Shown in pieces: positions 33,875 to 46,589 of a stretch of DNA of 60,000 nucleotides. The position numbers were made by a program, and so were the translations under genes. The notes under the pieces are model-generated. The model searched no databases. It was given only the letters and a program-made list of their open reading frames with translations, and was not told the origin of the DNA. This stretch comes from Vicugna vicugna (Eukaryota): the NCBI GenBank assembly GCA_013265495.1, contig MU057887.1, positions 1,439,985-1,499,984 of the forward strand, given 5' to 3'. Position 1 is the stretch's first letter. Every line of letters starts with the position of its first letter.

Positions 33875-34957
33875 GCCCTCCTGCTGAGCAGGGTGGTGTG
33901 GGTGCCTTGTAACATCAAGTGACCCACTTCAGGGGCTGCCTAGTCTGTCTCGGTCTCCCAGGCAGGCCCAGTGCGAGCAGTGCCAGGCACAGAGTGGGCC
34001 ACAGTGAATGTCTGCAGGGTGCGCTGGAAGTCAGGGACCTGAGGGCGGCTCCAGGAATCTGCTTCATCCCCTTCCCTCCTCCCTGGTTCCTCTGGCTCCT
34101 GCCTGCTCCCCCCAGGCCTGGTCTCTCTTTCTAGAACATTCCTTGGACATCTGGACTGTCCCTTGCTAGGGTGGAGGGCTGTCCTTTGTGGCTGGGCGTG
34201 GTGAATAGTTCAGCCACGGCATTTGCCACCATCATGAGCAAAGAGGTTCCCTCTGGGCTTGTTGGAGATGGATTTCTGTCACCTGTGAGCAAAAAGGCCC
34301 TGACAATTACACAGAGACTGGTCAAGATCCGGGGGCGGGGGCAGGGACACACACAAGAATAATCAGGGTCTTTCCCCAGCTGGGTTGATAGAAAAGACAA
34401 GGCCACAACCAACAACAAGGAAATAATCACGGAGGTGGGGGCAAGGGAGGCGGGGGCAGTTCCCAGGGCCCTGGCTGGCAGGGAGGCCGGGACTTCTGCA
34501 GGCTGGTCAAGGAGGCCTTTGGGGAGCTGGGCCTTGCAGGCTGGTGGAGTTCAAGTAAAGAAGGTGGTCCTGGGAAGATGTGGCACGAAAAGTAGCCCAG
34601 GCCAGGATGCGGAGGAACCAGTGGGGTCTGGTAGCTGGCCCAGTCCTGGCAGGGGAGCCGGGCACAAATGCAACACAGACCACCCAACAGAGCTCTCACC
34701 CCAGGGAAGAGACAGTCCTGTCAATAGCTCGCCCTGGTAGCGCTGCTGCCCCTGAAAGAGACCCCACATTTGTGCATTACCTCCCTTAATCTGAAGTCAC
34801 TTGTTCCCCCAATTCTGCAGCCAGGAAACTGAGGCACAGAGAGGTACAGCCTCTTTCTTGGAACTCACCTGAATGCTTGCCTCTAACCCAGGCCCATCAA
34901 GGCTACGTTCCCAGCGTGGAACTCTGGGGGAGGACAAAAGAGGGGCCCCAAGTCTTG

Positions 34958-35418
34958 TGTGGACAAAGAGTGTCACCTGCCATCTCAGTACACAAAGGAT
35001 GTTGCGGCCATCAAGCCATCAGCCACTGCAGCCGCCCTGATGGTGCACCCGAGGCGGTTCAGGCTGCAGAAGAGCAGGACACTGGCCCTAGAGAGGCCGC
35101 ACATCAAAGGGATGGTTTCAATGAGCCCAGAATCTTGCATCTTCCCGTACATAGCAAAGTACTAAAATCATTAACTTGAGATGCCTGGGGTGTGTGTGTG
35201 TGTGTGTGAGATTAACAGCGATCTTTTGTTGTTCAACTTCAAGTTGTGCTTTGTTTTGTTTTTCTAGCACAAACTCCTGGCTCCTCCCTCACCTCTTTGG
35301 AACAGGCCCTCAGAGTGATCTGAGAGGCTGTATCCCAGGCTAAAGTTCTCAGTAAGTCTGCTGAATAAAACATAATTCTCAACTTTTAGGTTGTACAATT
35401 CTTTCCCCCCAGTGGACA
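34958..35418 (+). mobile_element. Solo ERV LTR (ERV1-like); duplicate at 38383-38843
   Basis: tgtggac...gtggaca termini, TSD CTTG/CCTG, aataaa near 35364, internal (TG)9. Confidence 0.75.
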
Positions 35419-35891
35419 CCTGCCCCCGGGGACTGCTTCAGGGGTACTTGAGCTGGGAGCCCTGAGGACTGAGAGGAAGTTGCTCAGGGTAGTGGGGTGG
35501 GGCTGGGGGTAGCGCAATTCTGGATTCCTGGAGGTGCCTGTAGGACTCTCAGGGTCACTGGGTTTGGGGCAGAGCAGGGAAGCTGGGTTGAAGACATGTG
35601 TGGCAGATGGGAGCATCAGGGGCAGAGCCCAGAGGACCCAGGAGGTTAGGAGTGGCTGAGAAGGGCATCCTTTGAGTGGGCAAAGACAGCCTTCCAAGTT
35701 CTTTGCATTTTTCTATCCTCCCACCCCAACCCCCAGCAGCCATCTTCCCGGTCAGACCTGGGTGGGGAGCTCATAGTGGGCCCCCCAACTCAGGATGAGG
35801 ACCTGGGGTTTTGTTGTGTGGTTTCCTCAACCAGTGAGCTAGACAGATTCTGGTCCTGGAGCCAAGGAGTGGGCAGGGTTCTCCTGGGGTT

Positions 35892-36334
35892 NNNNNNNNN
35901 NNNNNNNNNNNNNNNNNNNNNNNNNNNNNNNNNNNNNNNNNNNNNNNNNNNNNNNNNNNNNNNNNNNNNNNNNNNNNNNNNNNNNNNNNNNNNNNNNNNN
36001 NNNNNNNNNNNNNNNNNNNNNNNNNNNNNNNNNNNNNNNNNNNNNNNNNNNNNNNNNNNNNNNNNNNNNNNNNNNNNNNNNNNNNNNNNNNNNNNNNNNN
36101 NNNNNNNNNNNNNNNNNNNNNNNNNNNNNNNNNNNNNNNNNNNNNNNNNNNNNNNNNNNNNNNNNNNNNNNNNNNNNNNNNNNNNNNNNNNNNNNNNNNN
36201 NNNNNNNNNNNNNNNNNNNNNNNNNNNNNNNNNNNNNNNNNNNNNNNNNNNNNNNNNNNNNNNNNNNNNNNNNNNNNNNNNNNNNNNNNNNNNNNNNNNN
36301 NNNNNNNNNNNNNNNNNNNNNNNNNNNNNNNNNN
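35892..36334. other. Assembly gap between the duplicated copies
   Basis: Run of N. Confidence 1.
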
Positions 36335-39316
36335 CTCAGTGCCAGGCGCTGCCGATTCCGGGACAGGTGACTCAGGCAAGGACCTGCACTCTGGACCTGG
36401 CAGGCCCTGGGCTTGGGGTCCCATTCTCCCAGTCCTTGTTGCCCTGGGCAGGCGCCTGAGCCCCCAGTGTCCTCGTCCTCTGCGACATGGGGCTGTGTAC
36501 AGGTGGAAGGAGGGCCAATGTCAGTTCCACGACCCTGGGGCTCCACTGGGAGCTGGGCGGGTCACAGAGGGCGAGGGGGGACCTGACCTCTGCAGCCCAT
36601 CTTTCATTTGGCCACTGACACTCCGGCTTCTGCTTGTCAGGTGGGTCCAGACCTTTCCCCTCCAGATGCTCTTTGGGACTCTAAGGCAGGGAGACAGGCG
36701 TCTGAGGGTCCAGCCGCCCCGGGGTGTGTGCACGCTCCAGGCCACCTTCCCAGAGCCAGCACCCCGGCTGGGAATTTGCCCTCCCGCACAGCCCTGCCCC
36801 AACTGCTCCCCTGTGTCCGGCTCAGCTTCAAGTACTGGGGTGGGGAGCCAGGGGTGGGCTTGCCACTCCCTCAGTGTGGCCCTGAGGGCTGGGGGCTGCC
36901 CTGAGCCCATGTCCTTGCAGCAGTCCGCAAGGTCTGGCGTAACCAATACCACAGAAGGGGCAGCTTGAACAGCAGAGATTTATTTCCTCACGGTCCAGAG
37001 GCTGGAGGTCAAAGATCAAAGCGTGGGCAGGGCTGGCTCCTCCTGAGCCTCTCTCCTTGGTGTGTAGACAGCCATCTTCTCCCTGTGGCTTCACGTGGTC
37101 GCCCCTCCACGTGTGTGTCTGAGTCCAGGTCTCCCCTTCTTACCAGGACCCTGGTCCTGTGGGATTAGGTCACACTCCAATGAACTTGGCTTAACTGTCA
37201 CCTCTTTAAAGGCCCTGTCACCGCATAAAGCAACATTCTGGGATATTGGGGGCTGAGTTCAACATACGAGTTTTGGGGGACAGAGTTCAGCCTGTAACAG
37301 CCCTCCTGCTGAGCAGGGTGGTGTGGGTGCCTTGTAACATCAAGTGACCCACTTCAGGGGCTGCCTGGTCTGTCTCGGTCTCCCAGGCAGGCCCAGTGCG
37401 AGCAGTGCCAGGCACAGAGTGGGCCACAGTGAATGTCTGCAGGGTGCGCTGGAAGTCAGGGACCTGAGGGCGGCTCCAGGAATCTGCTTCATCCCCTTCC
37501 CTCCTCCCTGGTTCCTCTGGCTCCTGCCTGCTCCCCCCAGGCCTGGTCTCTCTTTCTAGAACATTCCTTGGACATCTGGACTGTCCCTTGCTAGGGTGGA
37601 GGGCTGTCCTTTGTGGCTGGGCGTGGTGAATAGTTCAGCCACGGCATTTGCCACCATCATGAGCAAAGAGGTTCCCTCTGGGCTTGTTGGAGATGGATTT
37701 CTGTCACCTGTGAGCAAAAAGGCCCTGACAATTACACAGAGACTGGTCAAGATCCGGGGGCGGGGGCAGGGACACACACAAGAATAATCAGGGTCTTTCC
37801 CCAGCTGGGTTGATAGAAAAGACAAGGCCACAACCAACAACAAGGAAATAATCACGGAGGTGGGGGCAAGGGAGGCGGGGGCAGTTCCCAGGGCCCTGGC
37901 TGGCAGGGAGGCCGGGACTTCTGCAGGCTGGTCAAGGAGGCCTTTGGGGAGCTGGGCCTTGCAGGCTGGTGGAGTTCAAGTAAAGAAGGTGGTCCTGGGA
38001 AGATGTGGCACGAAAAGTAGCCCAGGCCAGGATGCGGAGGAACCAGTGGGGTCTGGTAGCTGGCCCAGTCCTGGCAGGGGAGCCGGGCACAAATGCAACG
38101 CAGACTACCCAACAGAGCTCTCACCCCAGGGAAGAGACAGTCCTGTCAATAGCTCGCCCTGGTAGCGCTGCTGCCCCTGAAAGAGACCCCACATTTGTGC
38201 ATTACCTCCCTTAATCTGAAGTCACTTGTTCCCCCAATTCTGCAGCCAGGAAACTGAGGCACAGAGAGGTACAGCCTCTTTCTTGGAACTCACCTGAATG
38301 CTTGCCTCTAACCCAGGCCCATCAAGGCTACGTTCCCAGCGTGGAACTCTGGGGGAGGACAAAAGAGGGGCCCCAAGTCTTGTGTGGACAAAGAGTGTCA
38401 CCTGCCATCTCAGTACACAAAGGATGTTGCGGCCATCAAGCCATCAGCCACTGCAGCCGCCCTGATGGTGCACCCGAGGCGGTTCAGGCTGCAGAAGAGC
38501 AGGACACTGGCCCTAGAGAGGCCGCACATCAAAGGGATGGTTTCAATGAGCCCAGAATCTTGCATCTTCCCGTACATAGCAAAGTACTAAAATCATTAAC
38601 TTGAGATGCCTGGGGTGTGTGTGTGTGTGTGTGAGATTAACAGCGATCTTTTGTTGTTCAACTTCAAGTTGTGCTTTGTTTTATTTTTCTAGCACAAACT
38701 CCTGGCTCCTCCCTCACCTCTTTGGAACAGGCCCTCAGAGTGATCTGAGAGGCTGTATCCCAGGCTAAAGTTCTCAGTAAGTCTGCTGAATAAAACATAA
38801 TTCTCAACTTTTAGGTTGTACAATTCTTTCCCCCCAGTGGACACCTGCCCCCGGGGACTGCTTCAGGGGTACTTGAGCTGGGAGCCCTGAGGACTGAGAG
38901 GAAGTTGCTCAGGGTAGTGGGGTGGGGCTGGGGGTAGCGCAATTCTGGATTCCTGGAGGTGCCTGTAGGACTCTCAGGGTCACTGGGTTTGGGGCAGAGC
39001 AGGGAAGCTGGGTTGAAGACATGTGTGGCAGATGGGAGCATCAGGGGCAGAGCCCAGAGGACCCAGGAGGTTAGGAGTGGCTGAGAAGGGCATCCTTTGA
39101 GTGGGCAAAGACAGCCTTCCAAGTTCTTTGCATTTCTCTATCCTCCCACCCCAACCCCCAGCAGCCATCTTCCCGGTCAGACCTGGGTGGGGAGCTCATA
39201 GTGGGCCCCCCAACTCAGGATGAGGACCTGGGGTTTTGTTGTGTGGTTTCCTCAACCAGTGAGCTAGACAGATTCTGGTCCTGGAGCCAAGGAGTGGGCA
39301 GGGTTCTCCTGGGGTT
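36335..39316 (+). repeat. Copy 2 of the 2,982-bp direct duplication
   Basis: Begins at the first base after the gap; identical to 32910-35891 apart from a few substitutions. Confidence 0.97.
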
Positions 39317-40128
39317 GGGGGTGCCCAGACTCAGGGCAGGTGGGCTTAAAGCAGGCTCCCTCTACTAATGCTGTGCCTGGAGAGATACAGGAGTAGGGAA
39401 GGGCTCCCTTAAATGTCGAAGGTGAGATTTAGGGAAAGTGGGACTAGCCTAGAGGTCCATATCCTGAGGACAGGGACTGCCCCTAGGCATGGGGTCAGCC
39501 CCTGCTAGGTACTGGGAGTCTAGAGAGAGTGTGTGCCCCTCCCCTCCCCGTGCAGACTCCAGGTTCCCCCGTGGGTGGGCGGAACAGAAACATCAGGGGC
39601 AAGGTGCTTCCCTATGGCAACGTGGTCGCCTGTGGTAGCCAAGTGTTTGACCCCAAGTCCAAACCACAGCGGAGGCGGGGGAGGGGATCGTCCCAGTGCG
39701 GGCGCCCATGGGGTCTCCGGCGGTTGGAAGCAAAGTGACAGCAGCATGCGTGCTTGTGCGTGGCCGTGCCCGAGGCATCCGCCCCGAGAGGCGCGGGACC
39801 GTGTGGCCATAGGCGCCATCGGAGGGGACGAGCCGCTGCGCGTGCGCGTGGGTGCAGATGGCGGGGACGCACGTGGGCCACCCAAACAAAGGTGGCGCCG
39901 CGTGACCGAGCTCGAGTTCGTTCTCGCGCGCGAACCCGCCACGGCAGGCGCGCCCCCGCGGGCCTCGGGCCGGTCGCATCAGGAGAAGCGGGGGGAGCGG
40001 AGGAGGCGCGAGGGGGGCGCGGCCCCTTTAAGGCGCGGCGTGGGGCGTGGCGTGGCGACGCGGGGCTTGCCAGCTCAGGTCATGGGGCGTGGTGTTGGGC
40101 GGGGCTGGGGGGCTCGGGCCGTGGGGCG

Positions 40129-40182
40129 NNNNNNNNNNNNNNNNNNNNNNNNNNNNNNNNNNNNNNNNNNNNNNNNNNNNNN
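40129..40182. other. Assembly gap inside the CpG island
   Basis: Run of N. Confidence 1.
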
Positions 40183-40313
40183 GCCTCCGCGCTCGTGGCC
40201 CGGACCCGCGGGGCCGCCTCCTCCGGGCTCCCCGGCGCTGCTGGGCTCCCGGGAGGGAGGCAGGTGCAGCGCGGCCGGGCGGCTGGCGAGGCGGGCGACG
40301 CGGCGGCGAGTGG

Positions 40314-40342
40314 ATGAGAGGTGGCCCCGATCTCCGTGCAGG
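40314..40342 (+). CDS. GRAMD4: Putative short coding end of an upstream first exon (MRGGPDLRA-G, phase 2), probably GRAMD4; the exon itself starts at or before 40183
   Basis: ATG at 40314, open to a strong donor CAGG|GTAAGC (GT at 40343) within the CpG island. No downstream GRAMD4 coding exon recognised in the window. Confidence 0.5.
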
Positions 40343-41379
40343 GTAAGCGGCGTGCGCGCGCGGGCGCCCACTCGGACCTCGGCGGACATACGGACATGCT
40401 CCCGACACTGGCGTGCAGGGCCGCGCGACCCGGTGCTCTCGGCCACGCTCACCCCGCGCCCGGAGCCAGCGGCCCTCTGAACAGGGCCCTGCGCGGGCGC
40501 GCCCCGCATACACGCCCCCGGGTCCCGCGCGAGCAGGAGCGCGCGTCACGGCCACCCCCCGCGCTCGCCGCGGCCGCGGCATCTCCTGGTCCGCGTTGTG
40601 CCAGGCAGGCCAGGGAGAGGGGGACGTCCCGTGGGCGCCAGGCCTGAGATACGGTGGTGGTGGGTGGGGCCGGGGGGTCACTGTGGCCAGGCGGTGTGGC
40701 ACGGCCTGGTGGATGCGGCGAATGTCTTTTCCCCGACTCAGTGCTTGGGGACACAGGAGAGGAAGAGGGAGCCCCTGGCCCCTGCTACCCCAGAAACAAC
40801 CCTGCCAGAAAGTTGTGGGCGCCCCCCCCCCGTCCCTCTTTTTGCCCTGTCTCTTTTTCCTTTGTTTGGGACTCTGACCTGGGGGGACTCAGCGGGGGGC
40901 CCAGACCCAGCTGAGGCAGGCAGGCAAGGAGGAGAGTTGTGCAGCCACCCCTAGCCTGGGACCCCCACCTGCCCAGAGCAGGCCCTGCACTCCTGTCCAG
41001 GCCTACCACCAGGGGAGGGAGGGGAGTCAGAGCCGGGTGGGCTGGTGCACCTGCCCTGGCTGGATGCTCTGTAGCAGCAGCTTCCCCTAGCCAGGGCCAT
41101 AGACATAGGGGGGTACCCCAAATCTGAGTCCACCCTTGTAGCTGTTGCCAGCCCTACATTTCCTGAGGCAGGGAAGGTTCTGTTCCTGTGACGCCTTTTG
41201 CAGGAGCGGGTTCCCTTTCTTGCCCTCCTAGTGCAGGTTGGGGAGGAAATACAGAGTTCTGAGCATCTCCCACACATAACAATGGAGGCTTCTGAGCCCC
41301 AGCCCCTGTGGCAGGGCAGCCCAGCCCTGGCCTGGACCTGGCAGGGTGGGCAAGGCTGTATGTAGTTAAGAGGGAAATT

Positions 41380-41460
41380 CAGAGTCTTGCCTCTGTCAGT
41401 GTCTGCTCTGTGACCTTGGGCAAGAAGACTCTGAGCCTTCCCATGCCTCAGTTTCCCCAG
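41380..41460 (+). mobile_element. MIR fragment
   Basis: ctctgtgaccttgggcaagaagactctgagccttcccatgcctcagtttcccc. Confidence 0.7.
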
Positions 41461-43889
41461 CAGTCACCGGGGAGGGAGGCTGACAGGATGAGAAGATGCC
41501 CGCCATTCAGCTGAGCACACCCAAGGCAGAGGTCTGAACACCCTGGAGGGGCCAGCAGTGCCCTTTGCCCCCTGGGTGGCTGTTGTTTCCAACAGGTCCC
41601 AGGCCCATCTGGGGATGCAGTCCTGCTGGGTGAGTGTTCCAGTTGTGGCCCTGTCCCCTGCTGGGATGAGGCCACGTCCCACAATGTCAGCCAGGACACC
41701 TCAGATCAGGGACTTCGTTAACCCTGCCCCTCCTTCCTGCTGCAGACCCCTCTGAAAACTCCCTGCCTGGCTCAGGTGAGGGGCCTGGCCTGCCTCCTAC
41801 TGCCTTGGTCACGATGTCGATCTTTTTGCAGCACTGTGTGGTCATGGGGCAGAGACCTTAAACCCGCATAGTCTGGACAGTGCTGGACTCGTGTGGGTGG
41901 CGCTGCCAGCTTGGTCCTGAGGCCTGGGAGGTAGGGTTCCTTGGGGCCTCTGGACAGGTGCCACCCCTCCTCTGTCCTTTTCTCCCCGGGGCTGTCTTGG
42001 CTGATGGGGTGTGGCCATCCCAGAGGTGGGGCTGGGGGTGGGCAGGGCCTGTCCGTGTGATGTCTGTTGCCTGCACTCGGGAAAGGCATTTCCTGGAAAC
42101 TGCGCAGGAATGTCTCAAAGTGTGGTTTGCTTGGTCCGGGGCCTGTGTCTTACCCCGAGGGGGGCGGGCCCGACCCTTCACAGGGAAGAACCTGGTGGTC
42201 TCTCCAGGCCGCCAGCCTGTGAGGCCCTCCTCTTATCTGTCCAGCTGGAGTGGGTGTCAGGAAACGGACCGCCACCAGCTCGGTGTGACCTCTACTTCCC
42301 CCGCTCTCCCTGGGCCTCACCACCAGCTGGAGACTAGGGGAGTCAGGCCCGTTTTTCCTGAATCACCGTTTTTGCTGTGTGATGGAACGGAATCCTGGTT
42401 CAGGCACAGTGCAGACAGTGTTACTAGATTCTAGGGAGGGTGCTGTTGCCGGGGAGGCTTTGAGCCTGAAGCCGGTTCTCTCTGTAACAGAGTATCTGAG
42501 TGATGTTACAGATGTGATGGATATGCCCACACCCAGTCTACGCCGCCCAGGAATCTGTGTCATGAGAGAACTGAAGGGCTCTCCTGATGCTTGCACGGTG
42601 TGACCCACGTCAGTGGTTGTGCCATGGGGTACCCTGTCAATTCTGGGGGTCCAGGAGACCCCTTCCAGCTTCCCAAGCTTCGCAATTTGGGAGTTCCCTT
42701 CCCAAAGTGGGTGTACTTGAGGTTTGTGTGGGAGTGGGGCTCCCATCCTGGAGTGGCGAGGCTCCAGCTGGGTCCTCATTTCTGGTGGCCACACCCTCTG
42801 GAGGACCCTGGCACCTTGTCTCTGATGTGTGTTGGGATGGGAGGCCCCTGTCTAGTGGTGGTGCTGGGGACTTAATGAGCCTGTAAGCAGCTCAGGCTAG
42901 TGGAAGGTGTGTGGCAGCCGGGAAGGAAGACCCTGGTGTGGGCCGTGAGGCCTTCTCGCCCCCTTTCCTGCTGCACCTGCTGTCAGGAGTCAAGGAGACC
43001 ATTTTTGTCAAAAGCCAAGCACACACTTGCTCCCCAGTGCAGGCTGTGGACAGTGCTGGGGTGTGTAGCAGAGCATCCCTGCCCTTAAAGGATTTAAACA
43101 TGACTTGGGGGAAATGAGGTGTGGGCTGAGAAAGTGAGTAATAGGAGGAACACGAATGCACTTGCGGGGGAAGCAGCTCCTGTTCGCTTTGCCCAGACAT
43201 GGGCGTCTGTCTGCGGGAAGCTGCCAGACCTGGGTGTGACCACCAAGTGGCACTCGGAGGGCCTTTGGCTGGGGACCTGAGAGCCGGCTGGGGGTGTTTA
43301 GGCACTGCAGAGCGTTCAGGTCTGACTTCTCCTTCGCTTTGGGTGGCAGAGCTGTAGGGGCTCTTGCTGGGTCTCTTTCCCAGGCAGAAGCTAGAAAGCA
43401 CCCTTTTGTGAAGGGGATAAGAGTTCAGGTGCTGGCTGGGGGGCCAGGGAAGAGGCCTGGGTCCCTGAAGGTCACGGTCACTTTGTGAACAGAGTGGTTA
43501 AGGCACAGCCAGCCTTGGGTGGGGGCAGCCTGGCCACCTGCTTGGAGCTGGCTGCTGACGGAGAAAGGTAATCGGTTAACTTGAGAATTTAAAGGCAAGT
43601 TGTTTGTTGGACTGCTCGTAGATTGAGATGGAGGGAGAAAGTGAAGATTTCCCCTAATTAGAGCAAACTTTGTTCCTTGTGCCTCTGGTGTCTGCGTGTG
43701 GCCAGCACGGAGGGGCGGGGTGGGGACTTTGGACCGTAATTCACCACTAATGACTGTCGCCATCGAAGGGCTGTTGTTAAGATTGGCATTTGAGTTACAG
43801 CCAAGGCTGTGATTATGTTTAAGCCCTGTGATTAAAGTCCCCTGTGGTTACACTGGCAGAGAGGAAGTACTGGTCTGTCAAAAAAAATT

Positions 43890-44520
43890 AATAATAGTAA
43901 TAGAAACCACTCAGTGTCGTGTCAGACGTTGTGCTAAATGCTTCTCACGTGTTGTCACATGTGGTCCCCACAACGTCCACGGTCACCCATTCTGCAGATG
44001 CAGAAGCCAGTGGAGAGGCGGGCGGCTTGCCTCAGTCCCTTAGTTACGTGCAGAGCTGGGATCAGAACTCGGGTTGTTTGGCTCCAGAGGCTGCGCTCTC
44101 AGCCTCACTGCCTCTTTGATAATCAGTGAAATTTCTAGGCATTTGTGAAAGAAACAAACTAAGTAAATTCAAAGTCATGACGAGAAGCCTCTTTGCCATC
44201 AAATATGCACCGATAGCAGGAGCGCCTCTTTCCCCGGGTCTGACGGCGCCCTAAGCACTCTGTGTGATTGATTCTCATAACAACTGGCGGTAGGTACTAT
44301 TATTAGCTCCATCTCACAGATGAGGAGGCCCCGGCACAGAGAAATTAAGTAACTTCCCTGCGGCCACAAGCTGGGGAGTGGCAGGTCTGGGTTTGAATGC
44401 TGTGTTCTCCCTTCCTAACCTGGGTACCGTGTGCAGGGGGGCGAAGTGGTCTGTTGCTGTGTGTTCCTGGGCAAGACGCTTAACCTCTCTGGGCCTCAGT
44501 TTGGTCAGCAGGAAACAGGG
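43890..44520. mobile_element. Cluster of MIR fragments (~43890-44110 minus, ~44245-44400 minus, ~44455-44520 plus)
   Basis: attattagctccatctcacagatgaggag...gcacagagaaattaagtaactt; ctgggcaagacgcttaacctctctgggcctcagttt. Confidence 0.7.
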
Positions 44521-45579
44521 GTCTTAGTGTGGAATACAGAAACCAGAGGCCTGAGGGCTGGCCCTAGCCCAAGCTGGCCGAGTCTGCATCCCCTCCCACA
44601 GGAAGGCCCTGGGTGGGGCAGCTCAGCCACAGCTTCACCCCCCGGAGGAGAGTCATGGTGACAGTGCCAGTGCACCCCCTCCCCGGCTGGTTGCCTGGGA
44701 CTGCAGGCTCTGGCTCTCCTCGGAGCTCAGACCACACCCGGGGAGACAGACACCTGACACCGGGCGCTGCGTTGCTGGCTTTGTGACGTGGGGGCCCTCA
44801 GAAAGCACTGCTCTGCCCCTCGGGAGTCGGGGGGAAGGGCGGCCCTGCCCAGAGCCTCTCTATGCCGCCACACCCGCTGTGGCTGGGAGAATCAAGTACG
44901 CTTGCGCCATCCACGGGCACAGTGGTCGGGGGCGCCTCTCCTGTGGTCGGGTCCCCAGACCCATTGGTGGAAAGTGCTGCTGCCTCTAGCCCTTCCCCCG
45001 TGGGCGGGGGGGTGCGCAGCACAAGGAGGTAGGAGTCCCTCCCCAGGCCTCCAGCATGGCGTCAGGGGTGGGGCACACTTGACCCCCGCCCGAGCCTGAG
45101 GCACCCTCCCAGGTAGGAGCAGCCACTGCCTGCCCTCACCCTCCCCTCCCTCTCCTCTCCCTCTTCACCCCCTTCTGCTGGTGGTGCCTGCAGGGCTCTC
45201 TGGGATGGCAGACCCTCGTGTCTGACCCCTCTCTGCTCTGTTCCCCTTTCCTGGGAGGCCTCCCCAAAGCGCCCCATTTGTGGAGGTCCCCGCACTTGCT
45301 GCTCACCCCCCTCGCCTCGTTCTCTCTGCAGTGGTTGTCCTCCCTGGGGCCGGGGCTCTCTCCCATCACGTCGTGTCCCGAGCAGCCCAGAGCAGGAGTG
45401 AATGGAGGCATTTCCTGGAGGGCACGGCCTTGCTCTACCCAGTGGGGTCACTCTGCGGCCTGGCCTCCAGGGTCCAGCGGCTTCAGGTCCTGGGAGCTTG
45501 GCTGTGGGGAGCCCACCCGCAGCTGAGCCGGCTGGGGACTGGGGGCGGGGAAGCCTGGGCAGTGAGAGGGGTGCGTTGG

Positions 45580-45880
45580 TTTTTTTAAACGTCTTTATAG
45601 AGGTACAGTTCACACACCGTGCAATCCACCCGTTGAAAGTGCGATTCGCTGGCTTTCAGCATATCCACGAATTGTGCAACCCTCACCACAGCCTAATTTT
45701 AGAACACTTTCCTCAGCCCCTTGAGCAGTCACTCATTCCCTCTTTCCCTCCAGCCCCCGGCAACTGCTAATCTGCTTTCCGTCTCCCTGGACTGGACCTT
45801 TCCTATCGGGGGGGTCACACGCGCTGTGGTCGCATGGCCCTGTCTCCCTCACTTAGCCTGATGCATTTTTAATCCGCGGG
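45580..45880 (-). mobile_element. Old L1 (L1MB-like) 3' end
   Basis: ctttatagaggtacagttcacacaccgtgcaatccaccc...ttgtgcaaccctcaccacagcctaattttagaacacttt...cagcccccggcaactgctaatctgctttc. Confidence 0.75.
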
Positions 45881-46589
45881 GCAGTGTGTGGCGGCAGAAC
45901 TGTGCCCAGACCTCTTCTGAAACATGGCGTCTCTTCCCCAGCAGCAGGTGGCCCTGGCCCACCTCTCTCACGAGTCTTGGTGGACTCGCCTTGCCTCACG
46001 GGCCCCCCGGGGCCAGAGTTCATAGCAGCCCCTCTGTTGGTCCTGCCGTCTGAGAACTCTCCCTGCTTACCCGCTCTGCGCAGGCTCCAGGAGCTGTTCC
46101 ACGTGACTCATCTCATTTTCAGCGGCCTTTGGCACACTTAACCATTTATGTGAGCTGCACTCAAGTCACCTCCTCCAGGAAGCCTCCTTGGCCTTCCCAT
46201 GCCTCCTTGTGCCTATTGTCTGTGTATGGTCCTCTGTTTGCCTGCCTGCCGCAGGAGCCCAGCTTTTCATTTGACACTGCCTGGTCTTGTTGGAGACAGT
46301 CTCTGGGGATGAATGATTGCAGATGGTGGCGGGCATGTTTGTGAGGGGATGGGCCCCGTGGGCTCTCTCACTGCCCCGCTACTCCTTGATTATCCTTCTG
46401 TTATCGTGTGGTCACTTGGCTTTGAAACTCTGCTGTCTGTCCTCCAGAGCGCCTCCCAGGCAGCCTGGGTCTGGCCGTGGGCCTCCTGGATGTCCAGGTA
46501 GAGCTGCTGTGTGAGCCTGGCCCGGACCGCCCGAAAAACTGCCCACCCCTCCTGCCCCGCCCACCCCGCACTGGGTGGCAGGCTGCGTT

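Larger units (their letters stand above)
32910..35891 (+). repeat. Copy 1 of a 2,982-bp direct duplication
   Basis: Matches 36335-39316 at a constant offset of 3425; the ORF track repeats with the same offset. Confidence 0.97.
39660..40650 (+). promoter_or_regulatory. GRAMD4: CpG-island promoter, probably the upstream promoter of GRAMD4
   Basis: Dense CpG, GC boxes (ggggcgtgg repeats, gggcgggg), TTTAA near 40027. Gene identity is inferred from conserved mammalian CELSR1-GRAMD4 head-to-head synteny, not from coding similarity. Confidence 0.7.

Noticed and set aside
32914..36968. Apparently duplicated 209-aa gene pair
   Set aside because: ORFs have no domain similarity, end in an LTR, and are repeated only because of the probable false duplication.
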